From Hydrolagus colliei (taxonomy: Eukaryota), in contig CM068759.1 in NCBI GenBank assembly GCA_035084275.1, forward strand, positions 3,286,001-3,350,000: a stretch of DNA of 64,000 nucleotides, given 5' to 3'. The position numbers and the translations under genes are program-made. Of the stretch, positions 22,551-35,662 are shown in pieces. Numbering within the stretch: the stretch's first letter is position 1; the number at the start of each line of letters is the position of its first letter. The notes under the pieces are model-generated. The model did not search any database and was not told the origin of the DNA. It saw nothing but the letters and a program-made list of their open reading frames with translations.

Positions 22551-25500
22551 TGGTAAATAATTATTGACGAATGCATCAAACACACGAACAGTACTTTTAC
22601 TCATTGTAGCTATGCTGACTTGTCTTTAATCATTTCCCCAGTAGCAGTTGAATTCATACCCATTACTTTACTTGCAATCCCTGATTGTTGCTCTTCTAAT
22701 GTGATTTGGTCAGCCTTAATTGTGGTGCTTGGGCTTGAATAAAAGATTGGACGACTGGGGGAGATCTATTGTGACAAAACAGAGCAACACATTCATGTGT
22801 GCGAGACTTTCAGATAAAAATGCCACGCCATCTAAATTATGTAATGCAGATTATTAAACTGTCAAAGTAAAAGGTTTACAAGCAAATCTGTCTTGGGGTG
22901 GTTCGACATTTAACTCCATCAACATATCTTACCCATCTAAATGCATTTAAGACAGGCATTCGCAAGGAGATTTTTTTAAAACGCGTTTAAATTTTCCTCC
23001 CTCAAACCTGTCACTGTGTAGGGTTTCCCCCAATGCAAATTGAGACACAGTGACATTCTATCCAAAATCACACTGCTAGCAAGCAAAGTAACTGTTCTTC
23101 ACTGGTACAGATAATACAACAATCCCCAGGTAAAATTGTTCAAGCATTACACGGCTGTTTGTAGCACATTGCAAGGCACAATTTGGCTACCGTGTGTGTT
23201 CAACGACCAAACATCCAGTCTGTGAAGTGCCTTATAATAAAAATATAAATAATCCTTCTGTTTGATGTGGAGGAATTCACGTCAGGAGAGCATTTTCACA
23301 GGATTTACAGAATATTCTCAATATAGCATGTGTAGCTTGACCACAGCACCTTTCAGCTTCAGCATGGCTTCTGGGGATCAAAACACGACTGATTCGGCAG
23401 TGTAGCCCAGCATCCAGTTTACCTTCTTTATTATTGCATTATACGATCTAGACACTGGTGAGCGACAGGTCAACTAACACTCCGAGATTGCTTTCAATAT
23501 TCCTCTTGGCAAGTTATGAGCCATCTATTGAGTACATAAGCTGGCAACCAGAGGGATAAACAAAAAGTGTTGTCCAAATACGTTGCTTGAAGCACAATTA
23601 GAAAAAAAACACACAACATATAAACATGTACCAAATCCTCAGTTACTATTCACCAATTTAAAGGTTTAGGGCAGTTAAAATCCCTCTTTTCTTCTGCCAA
23701 ATAACAGCACCTCAGAGAAATCCATGGTTACCATTGGAGCCTGGAATCAAATCCAGTCTCAGAAAGGGAGTTAACCATCTTACAATTTGTTTCTTTCAGC
23801 TCTAAAATTGGGACAGTCTCAATCCATTTCTCGTTAGACATTAGTTAACAGCACAAAACTGCCTCCGCAGTTCAGCACTGGCACTAAAAGAAAAGTGCAA
23901 AGCTATTTTTCGGGGTTATACTCAATTGCCAATTTTTCCTTTAAAAGCTATGGTTCATTTCGGCAAGCAGCATGCTCGCATTTCCAATCAAACCCATCTC
24001 GTTTGAAAAGCAGCTGTGGATGAATTTGCAAACGTGATTTAAAAGGGACCAATACATTTCACTACAAGTCATAAGAACTGGCAGCTCTGGATAGATGCAT
24101 GCTGTGCATTGTTCTGCAGTGAAACATCGGGAGGAATATCAGTCCATCATTATCAAGTTCAATTTCCAAACCCGGCCAGAAATTCTCGACGAGGTCTAAA
24201 AAAGATTTGAATATTAAAATAATTGGTCCGTGATTTATAAAATTGTAACCGGCTTAAGCCGATTAAATGCTGATCTTCTTAAACCTGAAATAAAATAACC
24301 CATAATTTATCATATATATTTAGGTAAATAAGTTCCAAACCGTCTGAATTTAAAAGGATTACGGAATTTGTATTGTGAAGCAGAGTGCACATACTGTATT
24401 ACTCTTTCCATGTTCATTGACGGGATATTGGACATTTGATAACTGGCACTACAAGCAGGGTTTAAAGCATGAAAAAGCTTGGAATAAATGAATGCTTACA
24501 TTTGTTTATTTCTATAACTGTGAAAGTGAAAAATAAATCAATTCCCAAGCTGCTTAAGAGTGGCAGCAAAAAAAATTCAATGTCACGAGTTAGCAACATT
24601 CAACTGAATAGGTTTATCAAAATGAAGCCTATTTTCCTTATTTGTACGAGTAAAGCCATACAGAGTTCCATAATTACTGCCTTTCCCTGAACACCATTGT
24701 AATCATCAGTGGAGGCAAAAATGAAACCCTAAAAAGCCACTAGCAAGATTTAAAGAAGTAACTTTTCCAGCAACACTGTCATCGACTTTTATTCACAACA
24801 AGACCATCAACAGCAAGCAGTCCACTGCAGAATTAGGACGAGAAATATTCCATTTCAAACCACTTCATTACTCAAAAGAAATGCGGATCAATGGACGGAT
24901 TGCACTCAAAGGGAGAAGTCAAACAAAATGATGTTCTCTTTATTCATAATGGTTATAAATTACGTTTTTTGGCTCCTGTACAAACGACACCGGTATTGAC
25001 CTGCGACAGGTATGGTAGCTGGGCTTCAAATTGAGCTGCGGCTTTGCAAGGAACAGATCAGGTCTCGAAGATTTCGTTTGGAAAACGATTAAACCAGTAA
25101 CAGCTGTTTTCCTGAACAGAAGGTTTTATGCCCACGTTCAATTTGCATACATAAATCTTACGTTACTGACTGAATTAATACACATTTTCCTCTTGATTAA
25201 TGGCCACAGTTTATTTGGTGCCGAACGCACTGCGATAAGCTTCCACTTAGATACAGTGAAGCCCCTGGAATGTGATGAATCCTGTGCTTTCTGCTATGAG
25301 GCTTTGGATGCTTTGTTACAAAGGCTTCAAACACCTGTACAATCGGGGCCGGAGGGAGAGTCATTATAGCAAAACCACACTTAGAGAAGAGAGATCAGGG
25401 GCTGGAGGAACTTTGATCAGACGGACTAAAATAAATCAGGGTCATTAATAGAACTTTGGAAGGAAACCATTGGATTGATACTTCCAACAGTATCACGGCT

Positions 25501-26180
25501 GAGATTGGAGCCCCAGCATGTGGAGGATTCAAGGCATAACCTGGATGCTAAACCTCCGCGGTGCTTGACGTGTGGACTACAACATGCTGGGATGCCCTTC
25601 AAATGCACCATTTGAATCTCAGAATTGATAGTGCAGTCATACCACATTTATTTTAAAAATGCATGCTCACTATACCTTGACAGATGTCAGAGCTAACATA
25701 ATGCATGCACAGATCCCATTTCTCAACGCTCCACACCGGCTTTAGAGATCTGTCAGGTACAGTGAGAGCGTCTTTAAAACAGTCCGACATGAAAGATTGC
25801 TTAGATGTTGTCAGCAAATCCCTCCTGAGCGCCTCGAAGAAAGATTCGCTAATAATCCTCAAATATCTATAAATTGTCATCGAGCAGCTGGAAACAAGAG
25901 AAATTCGTGGAAAAAAAAATACCTATCATGTTTCTATTTGCACAAAAGAAGAGCACGAACCTATTCAAACGGGATTGTGTTAATTAGTCAACTGGTTTAA
26001 TTTCCAGATATTGTACCACACCCAAACATAACGTGTTTGCTCTAGAGCTTTGCTATGTTACTAGCAAAGTAACATAGAAAAGCTCAGAAACAGAAATAAA
26101 CATATGGTACTTAGGTATATCTTAGCTGCACAGGCGTGATGTCTGCAAAAAAAAAAGCACAGTGCATCTATCTGAACATT

Positions 26181-26575
26181 AAATCATCCAATTATTTCCA
26201 GGAGTCTTGGAACAATAGTTCAAGCAATGTCAAAAATGCCATATTGTTGCTTTAAACGGTGGAGACATTGCAATACAATATTCCATTTGTAAAGCGCCTA
26301 AAATGAAGGTGGGGTGAAGTTCCAGAAGGTGGGGGCAGAGAGGCTGAAGGCCTGACTGCTGATGGTAGGGCGGGCTGGGCTGGAGATGTGGGAGCAGACA
26401 GGAGTCTGCTGAGTGGAGGGAGCGAAGAGGTTGTCACGACAACAAAATACAACAAAATTACATTTGTGTAGCGCTTTCCACATCGGGAGGACGAAAGATA
26501 CTTGGTACAAATATATGGCCACTTTATGTATAGTATTATACCATTAGGCTCAAAAGACAATATTACACAAAAAAA
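26181..26575 (+). repeat. Unclassified repeat copy A, split by L2 pieces
   Basis: aaatcatccaattatttc..gagtc..caatgtcaaaaatgcc..gcttta and ggccac..tatagt..tacca..gctcaaaa.caatat shared with 28455-28632. Confidence 0.7.
26298..26492 (-). mobile_element. L2 internal fragment (26298-26435) plus separate L2 tail (26438-26492)
   Basis: RPTISSQAFSLSAPTFWN homologous to the 21775 copy; acaacaaaattacatttgtgtagcgctttccacatcgggaggacg tail. Confidence 0.85.
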
Positions 26576-26596
26576 AGGATCCACCGTTTTTATTAT

Positions 26597-26932
26597 CTCG
26601 TAGAGCTCAGTGATTAGAGCACTCACAAGTTAGAGACCTGGGTTCTATTCACGGCAGGGCAAAATGTTCGGTAAGTTTCCTTACTCCACACTTATCTGTT
26701 TACCTTGCAGTAAATAGGAACCCGATTGTTAGTCGATTGGCAGATCCCTAACAATCCCCCAATAATTATATGGTCACTCAATCCACAACCGTTTGTGAGA
26801 CATCGCTGTGCGCAATTTGCTGCTGTGATTCATCCACAAGTCAATTCACTTTGCAGTATATTCTGTGAAGCGCTTTGAGACATCTCGAAGACCTGAAAAG
26901 CACGTATCAAATGCAAGGATTATTATTATTAT
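26597..26932 (+). mobile_element. tRNA-derived SINE, full length, long-body subfamily
   Basis: Same head and tail as the dominant SINE, with an extra tttaccttgcagtaaataggaacccgattgttagtc block shared with 56578. Confidence 0.9.
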
Positions 26933-27244
26933 TGTACACTCTGTGGCTGTTTATACAATTTAACTGTATGCAAATTGGATCCTTTTGTTGACAAACTCAC
27001 AGTAACTACATATTACTGTTGTCAAACAACTAAACTCCTTGAGATGTAAGGCGTTGTATCAAATGCAAGGATTAATATTTTTACTATGTTGTCTCTTTCA
27101 TGTGAGGCTTTATGAAGTCCTACATGGATTAGCAAAATTAGAATTTGAGCATTGGACAATAGATATTCAGACATCTGACAAATATCAGCAGTCTAATGGT
27201 CAAACCCGTTGACAGATCAAACAATTGATCAAACAAAATTACTC

Positions 27245-27690
27245 TTATTTTGTTTTTGTTGTGCCTTTTGCGTCAGGAGGACTTCCCAAGGGGCTGGACA
27301 GTCGTTGGTTCAGACGCGAGCTAGGGTCAGGAATAGGGACAGTGGAGGGTAAGGGGGAGATTTGGCGGAGACCAATGTCACTGTAGAAGAGGAGCATCTC
27401 GAGGTGGAACTTGAAGGATGCCAGGGAGAGGCTGAGGGACTGCGGGATGGAGTTCCACAGGTTTGGGGCAGAGTGGCAGAAGGCTTGCCCGCCAATGGTG
27501 GGGCGGGTGACATGGAGAAGGCCAGAGACTGCTGAGTATAGAGGGCGGGCACATTGGTAGGGGGTTAGGAGATCGCAGAGGTTGGGTGGGGGCAAGGTCA
27601 CAGAGGCTTCGAAGGTGAGAGCCAGGATCTAGAATTGAATCCTCTGGGTGATGGGGAGTGAATGGAGTCGGGCGAGGATGGGGAGCTGGG
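27245..27690 (-). mobile_element. 5'-truncated L2 LINE, degraded
   Basis: LLTPYQCARPLYSA..GLL..RPTIGGQAF..SAPNLWNSIPQSL plus tail. Confidence 0.9.
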
Positions 27691-27999
27691 GTCACAAAGC
27701 TTGGAGCGGTAGATAGCAAGATAGCACACATCAAACATTTGATTCTTGTTTTCATATTGCACAAAGACTGCAGGATGTTTCTTTGATTTAAAACACTGGG
27801 CTCAAATCTCTTCGGGGCAAATAGTTGCAATTTACTGCTGGCAGCAATGATGTAAAATGCAATGACATTATACGATAAAATTTATGAGATACTTTGTGAA
27901 TAAACACACAAAATGACAAATTGGGAAATATTAAGGCTGCAGCTTAATGGAACCGCCATAGGTATAGTGGTTTACATCATGCAAATAACAATTGATAAT

Positions 28000-28170
28000 C
28001 ATTGAATTTAGTAGAGCAGTCTGTGGGGGGGGGGGGGGTGTGGAATGTCTCAAAGTACTTCACATTTTTGCTGTGAAGTGTAGTGACTGTATTTTTTTTA
28101 TGAGTAAACGCGGTAGCACACAGCAATGTCCCAACTGCTATGAGTGAATGGTCAATTTTATCTGGGAACA
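28000..28170 (-). mobile_element. Degraded SINE
   Basis: gtctcaaagtacttcac...gcacacagcaatgtccca...gaatggtcaattt. Confidence 0.6.
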
Positions 28171-28317
28171 ATTTTTTGGTCTACTCGGTGTCTGATACAT
28201 GCTTAAGCGTATCCAAGCCAGACAAAGATCCATGTTTGCCACCTGCGCATGGAAATTCGAGGATTGGAATGCAGACTCTCTCCCTGGCCGTTTGCCAAAT
28301 TTTCCGAAAAGCAGGAG

Positions 28318-28331
28318 CCACAAGGTGGCAA
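28318..28331 (+). promoter_or_regulatory. Weaker CTCF-like motif
   Basis: CCACAAGGTGGCAA, two deviations from the consensus. Confidence 0.3.
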
Positions 28332-28454
28332 AAAAAACACAAAGCTTGCACGTCCGAAAGTGTATATCGTGCATGCTGCTGGAGTTTAACCAATCAAAAA
28401 TACAGAGTTCATCATTGAATGGCTAGTGAAAGTGTGCATTTTACTTCAAACCTC

Positions 28455-28632
28455 AAATCATCCAATTATTTCTGAGAGTCCATTGCGCCTGGCTACCAAT
28501 TAACAATGTCAAAAATGCCGTATCGTAGCTTTAAGCATTGGAGCGATTTTAACACAGTACCCTGACCACTCCATATGTAGGGCCACATTGTTTATAGTGT
28601 CGTACCATCCAGCTCAAAACAATATCACACAC
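28455..28632 (+). repeat. Unclassified repeat copy B, uninterrupted
   Basis: Colinear with 26181-26295 plus 26515-26575. Confidence 0.7.
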
Positions 28633-28798
28633 TAAATTGACCATTATGTACCACAGACAAAACTGAGGTGGTTGGCTTAAGGAACGGTATCAATACTCGG
28701 GTTTATGTTCAACTGACCAGTTATTTCAATCGACAGCTTTGGAATCTCCCACAGTGATCCACGGAAGCTGACAGAAGTTCTTCACAGAACGGCTGAAT

Positions 28799-28823
28799 CT
28801 CTCTCTCTCTCTCTCTCTCTCTC
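28799..28823. repeat. (CT)n microsatellite
   Basis: Directly visible. Confidence 0.95.
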
Positions 28824-29108
28824 GGGAGAGAGAAAGTTCTGCATACTGTGCTCCCAAAAAATGTAATTGAATAAAACTCCAGCCATCCTTCATTCCTCTG
28901 TTACTGACGGTGCAATCGATATAGATCCCTTACGATTACATTTAGAACTCTCTAAATATTCATTTTGGAAGCCACTGTGGTAAGTCATTGTATAATTGCA
29001 TATCAAATTAACATTTTTTAAAAATAAATAGAAGCGCAAGTGCATTGGTCACAGCTCTGCTACTATAATAAACAGCAGATCTTGTCCTGATAAAGCGGGT
29101 TCACTTAC

Positions 29109-29307
29109 AAGGCAGGTACCCCATGGGCCACGGAAGGAGGTTTCTTCGTGTGGATGAGCCGCCGACTTTTATCTATTGTAGGAAGTGACGTCGGTGACGA
29201 CCTGATGACTTGGAAGTCCACCATTACTGAGTGTGGCGTTCTACATCACAAGCATTGACGAGGCGGAAGACTGAGCAGGAGACACTCATTATCGCACCCC
29301 TTTAAAA
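29109..29307 (-). promoter_or_regulatory. Candidate promoter and coding first exon
   Basis: TTTTAAAG about 30-35 nt upstream of Inr-like TCAGTCT (~29272), gtaATGG at 29224, 38 open codons, donor TT|gtaagtg; locally CpG-rich; GGAAGTGACGTC at 29181. Confidence 0.3.
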
Positions 29308-31946
29308 GGCAGTTTGGAGTTCCCCAGATCTCGACTACCACGTCAAAACAAGGTTTATGTTTTGCACCAAATGCCCACCAAATCAATGAACTGCCATGGT
29401 ACTAAACACACAGAAGCTGAATTAAACCTCGGGTAATTGTGAGTTGGATGATATCCATAGGGCAGGATGGATGGACCAGAATAATGGATATGGGATAATG
29501 GTGTCAGCTCTCAAGGCCTTTATTACATTTTTTTTGCCCTTCGAAGTATGTTAGTGCCCCCAAGACATACTGATGAGACGTTAACATTTATTGTCAGGAC
29601 TTAAATGGAATAGCATTTTGGACTCCCTTCCTCTAAAGTCCGAGAGAAGATTACTTTATCTCCTTGATGGACAGCTCAGAGGTGAACAGCTATGAAAGAA
29701 AATCCATCGGAAGGAGGGAGTACAGATAGTAAGAGGAGAAAGGAAAATTGCAACCCTTTCTCTAAACTTAACTGAATCAAGCCAGAAAAAATCTATACAG
29801 CTCTTAATGGAAGAGAAATGGAATAAGCAGTAAAGGCACAAAAGGTCTGAGTGTTGCATCAGAAGGCACAGTGAGGTGGACATTTTTAATACTGCTTATT
29901 AGGCTCCTTGCAGACTGAGCTTCTTTGGATCTACTTTTCTATTGCAAGTAACTATGGAGACAGACATGTCTGGTGCACAGAAAAATCCCTAAGTCTACAT
30001 TCAAAGTCACAATAACTTGTTCTTGTTTTTTCCAGATTGTCTTCCCAACAGAACAAAGTCACTTTTAACATGCCTTTTCAGGTTTAAGAAGACTGTGTGT
30101 TGTTCCATATGTTGCGACACAGAACCATACCCTAATCTAACTTTTATACATGTGTCAGTTGACTTAATTGCAGGCAACGACTGAACTCTTTTGCATCTGT
30201 ACATTTCAAATGGTCAGCACTGGAGAAATCTTAGCAGTAATTTTGACAACCTGTATTAAACGGAAGGTTTTCCCCCTACAACCCAAACAAGAGCCAGGAT
30301 GCATTGTAAGTATGCTTAAACACTTTGAATGGTTTGTTGCATTGAACTTGAGAATTTTCTTGGGCAAGATACGATGAATAATGCAACAATAACATTTGAC
30401 AAATTACTGTACGTTTGTCATTTCATTGTCATGCTGAGGTTTTCTTTGTGGGCAAAGACAATTACCCCCAAATACACCTGTTAGAATCTTTCGTACTCCT
30501 TTACTGCCTCACCTGGTCATTTTTAATTTTTTTTGTGCGTTTTACTACCAAAATATATTTCCCCCTTTGTTTCTCTCACTCACAGAGACCCATAAAGTTG
30601 AACCCCAATAAATGACCCTTGTTCTACTCTCATTACAACTTGCTCAATTTACTTCAATAAATGGCTTTACTGGTTCCTGCTTATAAACCAAGGAGGTGGT
30701 GATCTCGAACTTCACCGAGAAGCAAAGCAAGTCTTATTACAAGCAAAGGTGGCCTTGCCCCTACTTCCCAGTAGCACACTTCAACCATCAATCAGAGAGC
30801 AGAAACAAGCAGCAAATACAATTACCAAGGGAGTAGAGTGACTGCCAGGCATGTCAGTTGTGCACGCTATATTTATTGACGTTCTGTGATACTGTATTCC
30901 AAAAGCCAGACATAAAACATCGTTACTTCTTGAATTAATGTCATTCTCAACTCATGACCTTTGGTGGTTCCGTATTAAGCCGTATTAAACATAAGCCATC
31001 CTATTTTTTTTGCAGGGGGGGGCGGGGTGGTGGTGGGCAGTAATTTGGCATTTTTTAAATCAAATTGGTAGTGGAGAACTACCCCTGGTGTCCATATAAT
31101 GTGCAACAAAACAGAAAGGCAGATTATGTTGTGTCAGAATATAGACAAGTTCCAATCTAATCGATTTGCACTAGCAAATTGTCCAGTTTCAGCTCATCTA
31201 GCTTCTTATCTAACCGAATCAGCTGTTTTCCAGGGTTGACATAAATCCACCTGGATATTTACTATTCAGGCAAGAGCACAGCTCATCTGAGCATAATGTA
31301 TTGCTTGGCCACTGCGGATCCGGTCTGTAGTTTAAGTGCGCTAACGGTGCTATCAGCTGAATGTAAACTTGAGTGAATTGTGCCGAAGACAAGTTAATTA
31401 TAAAGGCGTTGGGTGATCTTGTAATCTGTCGGTGGGTAATGTTCTGCATGTCCAGATCATCTGTAAGAGTGGCTGAGGACTGAGTGATCTGTAATTATTC
31501 CTTCTCCAAGACGCAAAGGAAATGGTCTGGCTAATTCAGACTCGGGAACAGAAAAGGAACAAGCATATCAGAGGATCACAGGCAAGTCGCAGGGTTTGAA
31601 GAAATATTAATGAAAGTTTTGAGTGAGCAAAATGACGTGTTTTTAAATAAAGGTTTCGGGTCAGTGGAGGTTCAGTTCTCAACCGCATTTGTACTGCGAT
31701 CTGTGGCATTCAACCGTATTAACCAAGCTCTGCTCCCAAAAAAAAATCAAACTGAAAAACTAAGCTTCTCTGTTCATTCTAACAAACACTGAATTCAAGA
31801 TCAACCAACCGACCAATTCAAGGCTTGCGTTGAAGGGCTGGGGAACTGGGGGTATGAAGGAGGAACAGCTGCTTCTTTATCTCTGGGACACGAATGTGAA
31901 TTGCAGATCTGACGGAAAGATTCATCTCTTCAATCCGTGTACCACA

Positions 31947-32120
31947 GGAACACATAGGAACAAAGACACAGGACTAGGCCAGTGAGCCCCTTGAGTCTAT
32001 TCTACCATTCTGTTAGATCATGGTTGATTTGTACCTCAGTTCTAATTATCTGCCTTTGCACCATATCCCTTGATGCCCTTACCCAACATCCACCTCAGTC
32101 TTGAAAATGTGAATGGATCC
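31947..32120 (-). mobile_element. CR1 LINE 3' end
   Basis: aggaacacataggaac...ggcca...gccccttgag...accattc...tagatcatgg.tgat.tgtacctca...ccatatcccttgat. Confidence 0.85.
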
Positions 32121-34275
32121 AGTAAAGATCCTGTGTTTGCTCACTCTTCCACCATTACCAAGCGAGTATTCATACTGCCCATATATCAGGACTATTACCT
32201 CGCACTGGTTACAAATGAACAGGACTAACAAATCTATTACTCCAAAGGAATAAAAAGGATATCTCTCTTAAGGTATACGAGGTGGACTATGAAGAACATC
32301 TAACCTCTGGTATTCAAGGGCATAGTCATGGCATGTGACAAAAATGCTCTGTTGCCCAGCAATGACGTCTCCCAGTTTGATGAGCACGAAAGATTCACAC
32401 CTCCAGCAATCGCACACCCACAAGCCTTTACTGTGTTAAGCACTCAGTGCCTGAAGAAACTAGAAGGCAATTTTCAATTATTCAATATTGCATAAAAATG
32501 CAATCCGTTTAAAAAATATGAACAGATTATCAATTTCCTTAACTCGGGTCCAATCCATATTTATGAAGTAATTAGATTTACAAGAATAGCGCAAAAATAC
32601 AGAGTAGCTTATTTCTCCATCTCCAGTGCCAAGTAATTATTGCTTTTCATTCTTTTTTCTCCCTCCCCACCCACCTCCCACCTTTATAATCCGATGTATA
32701 ACAGTTTAGCCAGAGGCTGCATTCACTAAAACAAAACCCGGAACGCGAGTAGGGAAACGGCAAGCGCTGTAATCAAAAAGAAATAAAGGTTCCTTTTAGA
32801 TTTGCATTGTTGCTTTTTGTCATTTCATCTTTTTCTATTAAAACAGACGTTCCTGTTAAAGTGAACCCTGAGGGAATAGCCACCAAAAATGATGAGGTGG
32901 CATTCTCTGAATATGAAGTACTTTACGCGTCTGAAACAACTCAGCTTGGAAATGAAAGCATCTGTCAGCTTTTATAGGCATCTAGTGATGAACCAATTCA
33001 ATTATATTTGTGTTATTTAAATCAGGTTACGTCTTGAACACCTAATTTGCAGCAAGTCGTAATTACTCTTTAAGTCCATTATATGGTTTGATTTATAATC
33101 TTGGGATAAAATACTTGCCTCCTTTCAACAAAGTGGCAATGTTTAAGTCTGAAATGGCTCATTAATTAGCTTATAACATTTCAAGAAGGACCCAATCACT
33201 TCATTTACTAAAAATTGCAATTTTAACAAGTTCAGATGTTCCGTAATGCTATTTTAATTGTTTCCCTGACTCGTTTCCACGCAATATCATGAGGAAAGGA
33301 CTTAGCAGTTAAAATCCAAAGGCATTTTTATGATCCACGAAAGAACACTTGCTCTTGGTGACACTTTTCTTCCCATGTGCAGGAAATGTGGATAAGATAA
33401 GTCCTTGCTGGATTTGAGGTAAATTCACTCAGTTAATAGACCAGCATTCAACTTACTGACTGATTCCTTGATCTATCACCTAACCTATTTGCAAACTGTG
33501 CTGACATACTTTTAACGATTCTAGCTTGTCTTGCACATTGAGGCACAAGACATACTATCTGTATGTACAGATGAGAAACATCTTGATCACGTACAAATAA
33601 AGTTTGTCATAAAAAGATTACGTGTTCAAGAACACAAATCTTGGAGGGGGAAGTAGAATCAGTTCTTATTTATTTCACCTACTTGTCAAATGGACTTTGG
33701 CTAACTTTCGGATTCACAATTCGCTGACTGCAAATTTCTTAATCCGAATGTTCATAAAGAACCACAATTTACCCTTTTGAACTCGTCTGTTTGAGAAGTT
33801 ACTGCTGGACCAACCAAGCTTGTGTGATAAAGGAACAAAGAATCAACCAGGTATAAGATCGTTACTCCAAGTGTTCAAGTTTTAAATTCATTGCCTAGCT
33901 GCAGTCTATAGACAGCAATCCCTGGTCTTATCAGGTACAGGAATACTTGCCCAGAATGTTAAGTTGAGGTCCCAGTTTAAATACAAATTATTGTGTTCAA
34001 AATTCCATGCAGAAATAATGTCAATGACTATTCACAAAACATTAAATGATACATTTATGCCAGTGCAAAGCCGTATCTTTCCTTAAATGTACACGGAGAC
34101 AGCATCAAATGTGCTCTTACAGTACATATAACACATAAATAGCTTGGGAATTAGCATTGCCACTGACATTATTGGAAGTCAGCATAAAATGCAATAGTAA
34201 CAAGATATCAAACCTAGCCCAGTGACTCACAACACTGAATACCTGCTAGAATACAAATCTACATTGACCAGTGAA

Positions 34276-34331
34276 AACAACAACAACACTTTACATTTAT
34301 AGAGCGCCTTTCACGTCGGGAGGACGTCCCA
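34276..34331 (-). mobile_element. L2 tail only
   Basis: (CAA)n..acatttatagagcgcctttcacgtcgggaggacgtccca, near-identical to the end of the 21775 L2. Confidence 0.85.
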
Positions 34332-35662
34332 CATCCTGCTCTAGTACTTGCCTTTCACAATATTCATTTAAATTAAGTCTTTAGAAGAACTGTACATTAG
34401 GGTATAATGTTTAAGTCTGATTTTTGCAGGAACTGCTAATCTACAATAAATTAACAGCAAGTTCCGGTTTGGTTTAAGACACAACTACAAAATGTATCTT
34501 ATGGCAGTGCTGGATTTGTGCAGCATTAAAAAGAGGATATAAAAGAACTGCAAAATGTATTTAAGGAAATCTTGGAAATAACCTTGTTCAAAAGGTAGCA
34601 ACATCAGCACATTACAACGCTGTTGGGAGTTGTTCCTCCCCTGTAAGAACATCAGTCTTGTTCCTGAATCACAACATGCCCAACGTTATAAAACTACAAA
34701 GCTGTAACGTGTATTATTAATAGTTTGTGTGTCTGCAGTTCATTATGGAGAAGAATGGCCGTGTGGGTGGAACAGCCCATAAGCTGCAACAGCAAGTGTG
34801 GCTTCATTTCCTAGCTGCTGGAGATGAAAGCGGGACTGGTGGCTTGCGTGTCTCACCACATTAAATACAAGTTAAATGAGCATCTTTGCACTCAGATTTC
34901 CATTTCCTTCTGACACGAAGCCAATGCTCTCTACAAACTGCAATAAACAGCTCCTGTACTTCATATTGTTGCAGTCGTGTATGCATTTATGTGTGTGCAC
35001 TAACACAGACATTATAATCATGTAAACCGACCTCCACATCATGAATAATACTGAACAATGGTTTATACAGCCATTCACTGCTAATTGTCACCTTAACAGG
35101 TCTCCCCCTAGAGGACTCACTAATTCCCAGCTGTTTCTCCAGAGAGTTTTTACATTAGAGTTTTGGCGAAAACCTCCAGTAATCACTGTGGAGATTGGTT
35201 GGGACTATTGCAGGGAGAAGCAGTGGTAATCATTCATCTTATCTATTAAACGTTCAATTCTTCGCTTCCTGTTACAATATCCAAGTCCTCTGATGCTGAC
35301 ATTGTGTTTAAACTGCGGTGAAGGTCAGAACGTCTATTTTCTGTTAACATTTCCTTTACACCGTCCTGTGTGGAAATCTTTTTACCCCGACCAGTTGTTG
35401 GTTGAAAAAAAACACATGCAGCCATTATTGTAGGCCATTCCCCAGCGTTCGCCATCAACAAGGTTTGAGAAAAGCACCACCACAACACAAAAATCATTCA
35501 TTACATTCATTATATGGGGTCTATTTGACAATATTAATGTCCAGCAATTGAGTAGCACGGAGCAGAAATGATGCAATTGAAGTGGTCAAAAGGCAATGCA
35601 GTGCTACAGAGAGAAAATCAAATATGTGAAAGCCAAATGTCAATTCAGCTGGTACCTTAGGG

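Larger units (their letters stand above)
21340..22766 (-). mobile_element. Ancient non-LTR RT fossil interrupted by a young L2
   Basis: One frame over 22766-22570 reads SRPI...LEEQQSGI...VKVLFVCL (RT domains 2-3 like); beyond the L2, F*PFLI*..DP (~21700), LVAFIDSFCL (~21600) and GYLEI (~21365). Confidence 0.4.

Noticed and set aside
30620-30850. LLINQGG... as a post-RT GGLG motif; also a SKGIK motif near 32240
   Set aside because: Isolated single motifs without supporting neighbours at the right spacing.
34502-34525. miR-34/449-like seed TGGCAGTG, looked for because of the RFX motifs
   Set aside because: Only the seed matches; the rest of the mature sequence and a hairpin are missing.
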